The position numbers and the translations under genes are program-made. DNA of 64,000 nt from Chrysomallon squamiferum (lineage: Eukaryota > Animalia > Mollusca): positions 248,001-312,000 of the forward strand of contig CM022668.1 in assembly GCA_012295275.1 (NCBI GenBank). The letters are read 5' to 3'. This document shows positions 29,581-41,768 of the stretch, piece after piece. The notes under the pieces were generated by a model. It was given only the letters and a program-made list of their open reading frames with translations. It was not told the origin of the DNA and did no database searches. How positions within the stretch are numbered: the first letter of the stretch is position 1; every line of letters begins with the position of its first letter.

Positions 29581-30550
29581 ATTTCTAAAGATTCTAACTA
29601 AGTTATATGACCGGATATATTTGTTATAGCTGTAAAATAGTCAGTTTCACTTTTTGGGCACAATGCATCAAACTTAAACAACGTTTATTTCCTTATACGC
29701 ATGCGCTCTCGATTAGTCTTGATCATAGTAAAACGTCTAAACGAGACTAAACTATGCATAGCTCATCAACCAATAAATCAATATTGAGTATTCTAACACA
29801 ACGCCTTAATGATATGTACTTAAAATCGATTTAGATAACTGATTTAAAATGTTTAGAGAATTGATTAGTTTATTAAAGGTAATTTTTAAAGGTTAAAATC
29901 AAAATCTATTATTATTATTATTTTCTTTGTTTTTGTTTTTCTTATTTTTCTTCTTCTTCTTTTATTTATTTATTTATTTATTTTTTTTTTTTTTAAATTA
30001 TAAAATATTATTCTTCAAACTGGTAGTTGGTATACGTACATGTATATGAAATACATAAGGTTTCCAGATCATAAGAAAACATTCTGGGCCTATGCCTTTA
30101 CGGTGTTTCCTAACCGTACGAAAATTGAAAAGCATACAAAGAAACAAACAAAAACTAAACTAGAATAATAATAACATTCCATCAAATCTACGTCAAATAT
30201 GGAACTATTATTTCTATTAATTTATTCAGCCGATATCTTGATATGGTTACCAATGATGTTAGACTTTCGCAGGCGCAATGTGGAGAACATCATATTAACC
30301 AAATTATGTTTAGATTATATCAGATGTATTTTGAGGTACCAGCTCTCTAGCGCCTAGCTTCATTAAGGGTTGTGGAACTGTTTTAATAATCGTATATATA
30401 TATATAATTTGAATCTTTATCTCTTAATTAAAATACAATAATGATTTTGCTGAACAAAAATTTTAATAGGACTGTAGGTGACATCACATACACACGGCAG
30501 AATTTATGACGTCATCAATTTACTTCTGCTCCACATGCACCAAAATAAAA
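29581..30550. promoter_or_regulatory. Head-to-head UBE2G2 / distal TOP2 promoter region
   Basis: NRF1-like TACGCATGCGC 29696-29706 and CGCAGGCGCA 30268-30277; palindromic CRE ATGACGTCAT 30506-30515; divergent ATGs at 29580 and 30551. Confidence 0.55.
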
Positions 30551-30563
30551 ATGCCTGCTAAAA
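30551..30563 (+). CDS. TOP2: Putative distal first coding micro-exon of TOP2 (MPAK, phase 1)
   Basis: aaaATGCCTGCTAAAA|GTAAGT is a consensus donor. It joins in frame to exon 32548 (MPAKKRAKMTQADLKWN) and to acceptor 32901 (MPAKRKMAAKGPLK). Confidence 0.55.
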
Positions 30564-31484
30564 GTAAGTCGTTTTTCACATAGCCAAATTAAGCTGAAAC
30601 GTCGATTTATGATGTCCTAATCTACAATATTAATTATTATTCAAAAATATTATTCAAACAGCTGGATTTTGTTGTGTTCTTTTGTCAGAATTCCTTGAAA
30701 ACTGTTGTTATTTTTCAGTTTATTTATGGTACATATGATACAGTGCTTATTTTTTGTTTTGTCTTTTTTGCTTTTGTTTGGTTTTGCTGTTTCTTCTTAT
30801 TTTATGTATTGTTGTGTTTTCCGTTGTCAGCCAATCTCTACACAATTAAACAATACCGTGCACGGACAAACTAGTCTGTAATTTGAAAAATTCGTACTTT
30901 CTGCCGTTACCCGACCGTCCCCGCGCCGTGCTAGCTTTGTCCGTCCGTTTTTAGGTATCCGAGAATACAAATTTTTAATAACTTTTTGCTTTTCTTTTTA
31001 ATTTCCCGGCGAAAAAATACGTTAAAATAAATAAATAAATCAGAAAGAAAACGAAAAATCAATCTGAAACGTAGATCTGGTATTATTTGTGTAAAGTTTA
31101 TCGATCGAACAGCTAGCTTCTAGAAAAGTTATCCCATTTGGCCGTATAAATCGATAAATTGTAAACAAACATGATTAATTCATGTGATCAAAGTACTGCC
31201 ATTTGATTGAATATTTATTTTTAATTTATGGATTAAAGTATGATGATTATATCTCTATATAATTAGCTATACCTTTATGTAAGATTGAATTGTAATCTCA
31301 AACAGTCATCTTGATATCCTGAAAAGTTCACTGTGATCTTGCTTTTTAAGGGAGATACGAGAATTTAATGAACTTCGGTAAGAGCACTTGCAGCAGCACT
31401 CTGAAATCACAGGATTTACCTGAAAATAAGATTGTCATTACTCCATTATCTTTCAAGTTACTAACATAAATATTTTAATGAACG

Positions 31485-31528
<44 letters not shown>

Positions 31529-32547
31529 GCTCTTTTCAGTTTTTCAGTGACTTTATTTTCAAATCAGCTTTACTAAAGGTTAGGTATTCCTATATTCGAA
31601 AAAGTATGAAGAAATTACTGTAAATAAACAAGAATGGAGGTGGCCGATATGTTCCAAGACAATTTGATGCTGGATATCATGAATATTTGGATGAAAATTT
31701 AAAATTTAAGTTAAATGTTCAAACTTCTTTAACGTTGTGTATTTGCATTAGCTAAAAATTTATCTCTTTTGTCTGTATTATTATTATTATTATTAAATAA
31801 AGTAATAGTGATCTCACAGAGTATAAATAAATAACAAAATAATAAAATAACGTTAAGTAATTACGAATCGGTGAATTGCGGTACTTTCGCAGGAACAAAA
31901 CTAGCCACACCGGATGTAATGCTTCCTATCTATGAAGCTAGTAACATTAGCGATTGGTTCAGCAAATAAATTTGCGAAACCGTTGCCCAATCAAATACAA
32001 CTTTATGTTTTCTGGCAATATGGCGCGTTATTATTGATCTACCGACAGACTCCTTATTTTCATAATTTTAAAAAAATTCTGTTATCTCTGCACAGTAAGT
32101 TTGTTCAGATCGAAAGATCGTTATATGATACGTATAATATAGCTGCAGCATCCTTATTTATGAATCCAGCATCAAATTTTTCTTCTTTTCCATGTTTGAA
32201 TCGTGAGGCATTTCATTGTCTCGTCTCAAGTCTGCTTTTCTTGGAACATTTTGACAATCCCTTTCAAGTTTCATTGTTTCAAAAATTATTGTTATGTATC
32301 TTAAGATATCTGCATTTAAATACATAGCTATTAAAACATTTTTTTTTAATGTCATCCCAATTTATTCGTTAACTTTGCAGCTAAAAACTGCATATTAATA
32401 ACTGATCGCTTACAGTTTGAGAAAATAGTACCGCGAGATCAGCTTGGAAAATTAAGGTTACTGATTACCGTGATTTTTGAACTTCATCTAGCGAATCTAA
32501 GTGATGTCTGATAGTAACTGATATTTCACAAATTTCGATTTTTGCAG

Positions 32548-32585
32548 AAAGGGCAAAGATGACTCAAGCGGACCTGAAATGGAAC
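32548..32585 (+). CDS. TOP2: TOP2 alternative N-terminal exon, TOP2B-like ((K)RAKMTQADLKWN)
   Basis: tttttgcag| acceptor, ATG at 32559, AAC|GTAAGT donor, phase 0 into exon 33529. Confidence 0.7.
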
Positions 32586-32669
32586 GTAAGTGTATTTATT
32601 TTATTTGTATTTTATTATTATTATTATTATTTTTTTTCTTTTTTTATTATTATTTTTTTTTTTTTTACT

Positions 32670-32800
32670 CTTAAGCGCGTGTGGATACCACGTGGTCTTA
32701 ATAGTTGTGTGTCGTGTCGTGAGATTGGTCAGGGTACGTGTCAGTACAGTTTTCTCGTTTTTGATTGGTCTAAAATGCCGGGCAAATTTTAAAATGAATA
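32670..32800 (+). promoter_or_regulatory. Cell-cycle-type proximal TOP2 promoter (E-box, two inverted CCAAT boxes, CDE/CHR-like)
   Basis: CACGTG 32689-32694, GATTGGTC at 32723 and 32763, then GCCGGGC-aaat-TTTAAA 32777-32793, about 110 bp upstream of ATG 32906. Confidence 0.6.
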
Positions 32801-32905
32801 TTTTTGTTATCCTGCATGAATCGACCTGCAGTATTGTGATAATGTTTAATTAAGAAGTATTTTACGTACATCTTTATTGTGTAATAGACTTCATTGTTAG
32901 GAAAA

Positions 32906-35900
32906 ATGGCTGCCAAAGGGCCACTAAAAGTAAGTGAAACCAGTTTTGTTCATTTACTAGATTTAGAGTTTTGAAATCCCATTATAATCTAGAATGTTAA
33001 TGTTTAAATTTATTAAGATAAACTACTTAAATATTAATAATAACCAAATAATAGTCACAACAGTGAGTGTACAGTTAATTCAAATATTTAATGGCTGTAT
33101 ATTTTTTATCTCAGTTATTGTTTTTAGTTCATGGTTTTAATTGTTTATCATCTGTTTTAATAGATTAGGAAATGAATTTCAAAAATCCAACTGACCAATT
33201 TTATTTTTATGCTGAGAAAAAAAAGGAAACGTGCACAATTCAATTCAGTGATTATACTGAGAGAAAAGCAATGGATTGGTGACACTCTAGAACCCAGTTA
33301 GCTTTATTTACAAGGAAAAAAGAACATGTACACCAAATTAAAATTATAGACTTAGTTTACAGCGTTTTAAAATTGTTTAATCATTTGTAATGTATATTGG
33401 TCATTGGGTGGTTGTGTTATCAGATCACCTCATTGCTAAAAAGTAATTGTAATGTAGTAGTGATATCTGCATTAATCATTTTATTTTATTTTAAATTTAA
33501 CATTCAGTTTATATTTTTTGTTTCCTAGGCAATGTTTGAAAACATGCAGGCCAAGACAGACAAGGCAATACAGAAGTCAAAGCTGACAGAGTCTGGTAAT
33601 GATTTCTTGGACCATGCTGATGCTGGTGATGCAAAGCCAAAAGGAGGAAGTAAACAAGGGAAGAAGTTGTCAGTGGAGAGGATTTACCAGAAGAAAACAC
33701 AATTAGAACACATTCTTCTCAGACCTGACACTTATATTGGATCAGTGGAGGCCGTCACACAGGTATACCTATCATTTGAGAAATACTGACTTGATCGTGC
33801 AAAGCGACACAGAAAATGTTTCAGTATGAGATAATCTCAGACAGCTAAATTTTCTGTATTTTTAAAATTAAAATAAGGAGTAATATAAAATAATAAAATA
33901 AAAACAAGTAGCATACCTTGACTTACTAGTTTTCAGAGTTAAAGGTAGTCACCCAGTCGATTTTTTGCTTTGAATTGTAAGCCCAAATCTGAGTTACAAG
34001 CTAGTTGGCACAATGAACAACTGGACATCCACCCAGCATCCAGCATCTCACTTGTTTGCTTCACGTTACGTCTCCACTGAAGCAACTCTGTTCTGTTGTG
34101 CTCACATTTTTTGCAGTTTCGTGCAAAAATTTCTTTTTTTTCATGTTACCAGTCTTCAAAAGTGCAGAATTGACAAACTCTCTTAGATTATTTGCTAAAA
34201 AGTGCCGTTAGTATTTATTTTTTAATGCTAAAAAATACTGTTAGCTTGACAAACTGAAGCCTGCAGATGACAGTAATTATAGACAGATTTGAGGTGATGT
34301 TGTAATAATTAACATGTTTTGATAATTTTGGCAAATGGGGATGGATATTTTTTAATTTTGGGCACATGGCAGGCTCCAAAAAGAGGCTGCTATCCTATTC
34401 CTGCATAGGGGAGACATTAAACATAAAATGTTTTCTATCATATTATAAAGAAGCAGTGTGTATTGTTTTTTAATTAAAGTTTGGAGTAATATAAAATGTT
34501 TTCTATCATATAAACATACAGCTTTCTGTGTTTTGAAACAGAATTTGTTTTTAATTACTGTTATATTATTTCTTTCTTTTATTAACAGCAAATGTGGGTG
34601 ATGGATGAGGATAAGGAGAACATGATTCTGAGAGAAATCACATTCGTGCCTGGTCTCTACAAAATATTTGATGAAATTCTTGGTGAATTGTCCTTATTTA
34701 TCCTAGATATTTAAATTTATCTTCATAATTACAGCAGGTGCTTACAACATGCAGGCATATAAATGATTCAGATGTATAATGAAAAATATATGAATTGTGT
34801 GTTCTTAAAATCTAGTCTAAGAAGTTTGCAGATATAAGCACCATAATATAATGTATTTAGAAAACCTGCTAATTATTTCTGAAAACTTTTCAGTTCTCCC
34901 AAAAATTTGTTAGTCAGTTTGTAAATATATTCTTTTTATTTTGTAGTAAATGCTGCAGATAATAAGCAGAGAGATCCTAGCATGAACTGCATAAAAATTG
35001 ATGTAGATGCGTAAGTGATTGGTTTTTCTATTTGACATAACTTGTTATAGATAGTATTCTTTTTTAGCAGTTATTTGAATGGATAATTTCATGAATGAAT
35101 GTAGATCTTCTCAAATGTTAAGCTTTAATTGTTTAAATCCAATTGGCTTTGCCTTTAACTTTAAATAAATCAACAAAGCTTTTATTTTTATTTTTTATTA
35201 TTATCAATATCATATTTAAATATTTATTATCAATATTACATTTTAAATTTATTGTTTTCTGTACAAATTATTAAATACACTTTTATTTTCTTTATTACTT
35301 TGTAGAGAAAATAATAAGATAAAAATCTGGAACAATGGTAAAGGCATTCCTGTGGTTGAACACAAAACAGAAAAGATGTATGTACCTACAATGATTTTTG
35401 GACACCTTCTGACATCCAGTAACTACGATGACTCAGAAAGGAAGGTTACAGGTATACAATTATTCACATCTGTTTGTAAATTAAAATTATAATTTCTAAC
35501 AACAAAATAAAAAGTGAAAAAAGATAATACTAAAGAAAATGAAATAACTTTGGCAAAAGAAAAGGTAAATTTGCCTGAAATTCAGGTAGACTGATGTTTT
35601 GTTGTAATGTTATTACAGTGATTTGTTTTTTGTTTGTTTTCTTTTTCTATTTAGTGTCTCTTGTATTGGCTACCAGCAGCATAACCGATACAATTGGTCG
35701 AAACTGTTAAAAGTTCAGATTTTGTCCATTTTCCTCCACTCCCAAATCCCTTCTATAAACCCTACCATAAAAAACAAATACATGTAACTGAAGAGTTCTT
35801 TGTATGAGTGTTAAATGTGGTGGGGAGTAAACACACTTCTGTGCCCGTGGTCAGCAATTAACAGCGTTGAATGTAAAGTCCTAAAATAGGATTGCTGTAC

Positions 35901-38900
35901 AAACACCTGGATTGTTTTCACAAAAATGGCTTCATAGTTTTTTTAGCACCACTGGGAGGGTCAAAGTTCAATCTTTCTAACCGCGCGCGTATCATTGCTG
36001 GCAATGACTTCTATCAAAAGTTGTGTCCAAAAATGTACTTTTTCATGCCTTCAAACCAATTTTGAAAAAAATGGCTGTTCACAGGATCAAATGAAAGATC
36101 ATTCAATTATCTTTTGAACAATGTGCAAAAAGAAGCTCTGCATTTGAAAGTAGCACGTGCTTAGCAAAATCACCATTATGTTACATTTTCGACAGAACGA
36201 AATCACTGTAGATTTTATGTACAGCTAGAAAGGTTTGGAACTGTTTAAAATGATTATATTTATATGTTGTTTATATTTTTAATAACTTGTTGGCTGCTTG
36301 TTTTTCTTGAATGTTCCTACTTTTTGCGTATACATTATAGCATGTGGGTAGTGAAATCACGTTGTGAAATAAACAATTAAATTGTTTTGCCAATTACTAT
36401 CTTCCGTTTAAAGCCATTTTGCTTTCAAAATTCTTCTGATAAACAGGGAATTAAGAATCATAAACATAACAAACTATACTACATAATAGAACAATGTATT
36501 CAGGGGTATTGATGGAATGCTGAATAAAAATCTAATCACTTTTTTAAAAATATAAAGGTCAGATGATAGGTAACTTTTGTTTGCTGTCAAATGATTATAT
36601 ACATTTTATTAATACCCGCAACAACTTTCTGGAGTTGACTCGAAGGATTAGCTGAGTTTATGTATTGCAAAGGATTATGGTTAAATATCAAATGCTTGTA
36701 GACCTTTTAAGTAACATTTACATATATATGATATATACACATCACAGTATCTTAACCTACCAATTATTTAATAGAGTGAGAATTGAAGCTACTTATGTAA
36801 ATACGGTTGTGCTGTTCTATATAAATTGAAACGGTAATTTTTGTTATGGGCTTGGCAGAAATTTTGTTTAATTAAAAATGTTAGATTCAAGTATGTCGTT
36901 TGAAAGATCTTGATAAATTGTTCACAGCACAGGTTGAATTTGTCAAATAAGACAAAAGCTGAAACCACAGTGTCTGTTTGAACTTTTATTCATTCTGCCA
37001 TGTGTCATTTTGAAAATGTTGGCATGTTTAGCATTTTATTGTGAACACATACAAACATACAGGTCTGAAAAAAATTGAGCTCATTTAGCAAGTTGGTCCC
37101 ATCATTCTTGTTGATTTTCAGCCTTTTGTGTCAATTACTTTTCAAACTACAGTTGATCAAAGTAGTCCTTTCTGCTAATTAGCCAAAATAGGGCTGAAAA
37201 CCGACCAAATACTTGTCATACTAATTTGCAAATATCTTTTGAACCCTTGGAGATAGTCATAATTTTTGGTGTGTTTTCATTCTTTTTGCTACAGCTTTCA
37301 TTATGTGCTATTTTTTTTTTGTGTGCATATTATGTGAAATTAAAGTCAGAAAAAATTTGGCTGTCAGTACCTACTTGTATATATTTTTGTTTGTTTTCAG
37401 GTGGTAGAAATGGCTATGGTGCAAAACTTTGCAACATTTTCAGTAGCAAGTTCATTGTTGAAACATCATGCAAGGAATATCATAAATGTTTTAAACAGGT
37501 GATAACATTAATCTCTTCAGTTGCAGTATTATAATTTATTTTAAATGTTAACATTAAAGGTATGCGAATCATTAGCAGTAATAATGAAATATAATACTGA
37601 TGTAATTTTGTGCTGAGGCATTGTCAAACAATTTATTTAGCAGTTCTAGAATTTATTTATTTGAATTATTAATATTTGGTTTTATGACAAATATTTGTAT
37701 ATTAAAGTTTTGTTAGAAGAAGACATAAGACATTTACAACTGACATGTATTCAAGTACTTCAGGGTTCTTTGATTGAAGATGCCCTTATCTTTGGGTTAT
37801 TAGGTCCTGTGTCCCCTTATGGCCGTGCTTAGTATACTGATTTAAAATAGTCATTTTATCTTATGCATGTTCTTAACTTGTTCAAAATGGCTTATACAAA
37901 ACCCACAACTGATAGGCTGAGAGGATAGACATCAGTATGCTTGTAGCACTGTTCTGAATTCTGAAATGGATCTGCCCAAGGATTTTGGTACAGAACAGTA
38001 ATTCTTATTTTCAGTCTTCATAACTTTAATTAACTATACTATTTTTATTTTTATTTTCTAGACGTGGGCTAATAACATGGGGAGAACAAAAGAGCCAACT
38101 ATTGGAGACAGTAAAGAAAATGATTTCACATGTGTGACATTTTTTCCTGATCTAGACAAGTTCAAAATGACCTGTTTAGACAAAGATACAGTGGCTTTGT
38201 TTTCTCGTAGAGCATATGATATTGCAGCCACAACAAAAGGTGTTAAAGTTTTTCTGAATGGAAAAAGGTTACCAGTATGTAATCATTGTTTGTATTATTA
38301 TTTAAATTTTTAAATTTTTGTTGTGGTTAGTTCTAATGGATTTATTTACAGGTATATTTATAAATTAATTAAAAATTGTGTTACTATGTTATATTGTTTT
38401 AATTATTAACTTCAAAAGTGAAGAAAAGTTCATAAAGTTATTTGGCTGATAAATTCTTTAATATTGAATCTGCTATGTAATTGATGTTAATAATAAAGAA
38501 ATGTTTTAATTAGTAGAATTAAAAAGTTTGATACATAATGCATTACAAAATTATTATTCATTTTATTAACAGAATAATTAAGTTAAAACAAATGTATTTT
38601 TCAGGTGAAAAATTTCAAAGACTATGTAGATCTTTACATAAAGAACAAGACAGACGAAGCAGGAGCACCTTTAAAACTTGTTCATGAATGTCCCAATGAG
38701 AGGTGGGAGGTGGCTGTAACGCTTAGTGACAAGGGCTTCCAGCAGGCGAGTTTTGTAAACAGCATAGCTACAACAAAGGTATATTATACATAATATACAA
38801 TACTTTATTATAATTGAAAATCTGCTGCAAAATATATTTCTAGAAGTTCTGAATCGTATCACAATTTTTATCCATAATGATGTTGAAAAATGAACAACCT

Positions 38901-41708
38901 CAATAAAAATATTTAAAAATAAAAAAACTATTTTTATTTTTTTAAACTGATCAGTTTTATCACAAGTTTATAAAAATTTTAATGATCCTGCATTACTGTT
39001 TGAGCAGAAAACCTTTTGAATTTTCTTATTGAATATTGATTTTTCGTTAATACTGTTAAAATGAATAATACTAGGTTTATTGATTTATCCATTTATCTTC
39101 TCTTTATTGAATTGAATGTTTTTGTTTTATAATTGTGTAGCATCCTCTTCTTAATGCTTGAAACTGGTCTTTTATTTTGTTAATAATCTGTGTAATCACA
39201 GGTTTTATATAATCATGTTTATTAACATTGTCTGAATTCTTATGTCAGTGTTTGTTTTCTGTCAGGGTGGACGTCATGTAGACTATGTATGTGACCAACT
39301 TGTCACCAAGCTAATAGAAATTGTGAAAAAGAAAAACAAAGGTGGGGTGAACATCAAACCATTTCAGGTGAGTAAAATCAACTTTTGAAATTTAAATTCA
39401 GACCAGAGTTAATTAACACTTTTGGTGTCATTGGTGTGATATGACAAATTATAAGACTGCTGTTAGCAAAAATATCTCAACATACAGCATTAGTTTAAAT
39501 AAGCCTTAATATTTCACTTTGGTCATTTATCCCAAACATGGCATGAGAATTATGTGTTGTACCAAAGCTTGGTGCTATTAGATGAGATTAATAGTTTTAC
39601 CTCTTATAAGAGTATAACTATTTTGTTTCTTTAGTGAGATGTGCATTGTGCTGAAAAAAATAAGGTCAGAAATGGTACACTGTTTAATTTCAGGTGAAAA
39701 GTCACATGTGGATATTTGTCAACTGTTTGATAGAAAACCCAACATTTGACTCACAGACCAAGGAAAACATGACACTGCAAGCAAAGACTTTTGGTTCTAA
39801 GTGTCACCTCTCCGAAAAGTTCATAACACAGGTAAATTTATGTTTTCTATTTTGCTTGTCTGAACAGAAAACTAAAACTAAATGAAAATATCGGTGATTT
39901 GAAAAAAATTCTTTCTGGATTTTACATACAGTCATTGTTATCAGTAAAGGACTAGATTTTTTTAATTTTAATTAAGATATGTAATCCATATATCGGATTT
40001 TTCAGTTATTGTCATAGATTTTATTGATGCCATGATCTTTACCTATTAATATCTATCTCTTTATCATGTTCTTTTTCCAAAGTATTTTAATTTTTCATTT
40101 TCAGAATTATATAGAGCTACAAAAGTAAGCAAGATAACTTGCTGACTGCACCTAAGATGATTCTCTTCAGGAAATCAGATTTTTATCATTATGATCTTGT
40201 TTTATTATTATATTTTTTTATATATATATATATATATATAGAAATCATGATTTAAAATTCATTATCTAGGTCAGTAAATGTGGCATCATTGAGAGCATCA
40301 TCAGCTGGATGAAATTCAAGGCACAGGCACAGCTCAACAAGAAGTGCCATGCATCAAAACACTCCAAGCTGAGGGGTATACCCAAACTGGATGATGCTAA
40401 TGATGCAGGGACAAAGAACTCTCCATATTGCACTCTGATTCTAACAGAGGGAGATTCAGCTAAGACACTGGCTGTGGCAGGGCTGGGAGTTGTAGGGCGT
40501 GACCGGTATGGTGTGTTCCCTCTCAGGGGAAAGGTCCTCAATGTACGAGAAGCAAGCCATAAACAGGTACACTGTACTCATTTTTCTCTTTTATGTTGTC
40601 TATTGACTTGCTTTTTTGTTTTTCCTTTATAATCTACGTTCTTTTGTTCTCCAAACTTTTACATTCAGTGTTTGTCTTAGTTTTGTTTATACCTTTTATT
40701 TTAAAACTATTTCGCTCTGTTTCAGTCAGTGACTGAATGCATATCTCTATTTTGCTGTCCCAGTCCATACATCTCTTGTTCTCACTCTTTTCATGCTTCC
40801 ACAGAATGACTTAATTTGAAAATGTCTGTTAACACACAGATCATGGATAATGCTGAGATTAACAACATTGTTAAAATCATGGGACTGCAGTTCAAGGAGA
40901 AGTACGAATCACCTGAATCAATTCGGTCTCTGCGATACGGTAAAATCATGATCATGACTGATCAGGATCAGGATGGATCTCACATTAAAGGTCTCCTCAT
41001 CAACTTCATCCACCACTTCTGGCCCAATCTGCTCAAGCACAACGTTGTGGAGCAGTTCATCACACCTATCGTCAAGGTGATAGAATCATTCAGTTTATTA
41101 AGCTATATTAACTAAGCTTGGCATAAAACTCTATGAAATTTTTGTTTTGATTCTATAACATTCAGGTTAATATTAGAATTTTTTAAAAAGAAATAATGTT
41201 CAATTACTCACCACTTCATAATCTGTATTGGTTTTGTTTCATTCTTAAAATACATTCCAGCATTCATTCAAATTCTTTTCTGATAATCTGTATTTGAGCA
41301 TTGCAGCTTTAATTTTTTTTCTCTTCATAGATGATATGACTAATATTTATTTTCTTTATCTTTTTTGTTAAGTACATTGAATCTTTTTCAGTTTTAGTAT
41401 TTGTCATCATTAATTTCCAACAAATGAGAAAATAACCAATTGCATTTTGATAGGGGTTGTCTGTCTTACTCTCTCTTTTTTTTTCATTTTCTTTGTCTGT
41501 AAGACATGTTTTAAAACTTTTTTTTAACCCCAGGTGTCTAAAGGTAAACAAGAACATGCATTTTACAGCATGCCTGAGTTTGAGGAGTGGAAAAACAACA
41601 CAGACAACTGGCACACATGGAAAGTAAAGTACTACAAAGGTGTTTATTTTTTATTTTCTAAATATTTACTTGTGTGCACCTCCAGTTAACATGGGGATAC
41701 ATGCATAC

Positions 41709-41768
<60 letters not shown>

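Noticed and set aside
31640-32355. ORFs 31932-32327 (+) and 32158-32355 (-), and two short inverted matches (atgttccaaga, aatttgatgctggat)
   Set aside because: No recognisable protein, and the matches are too short and unevenly spaced to call an element.
33938-34410. TTAAAGG-starting segment resembling a Kolobok-type end
   Set aside because: No convincing matching right TIR or second copy in the window.
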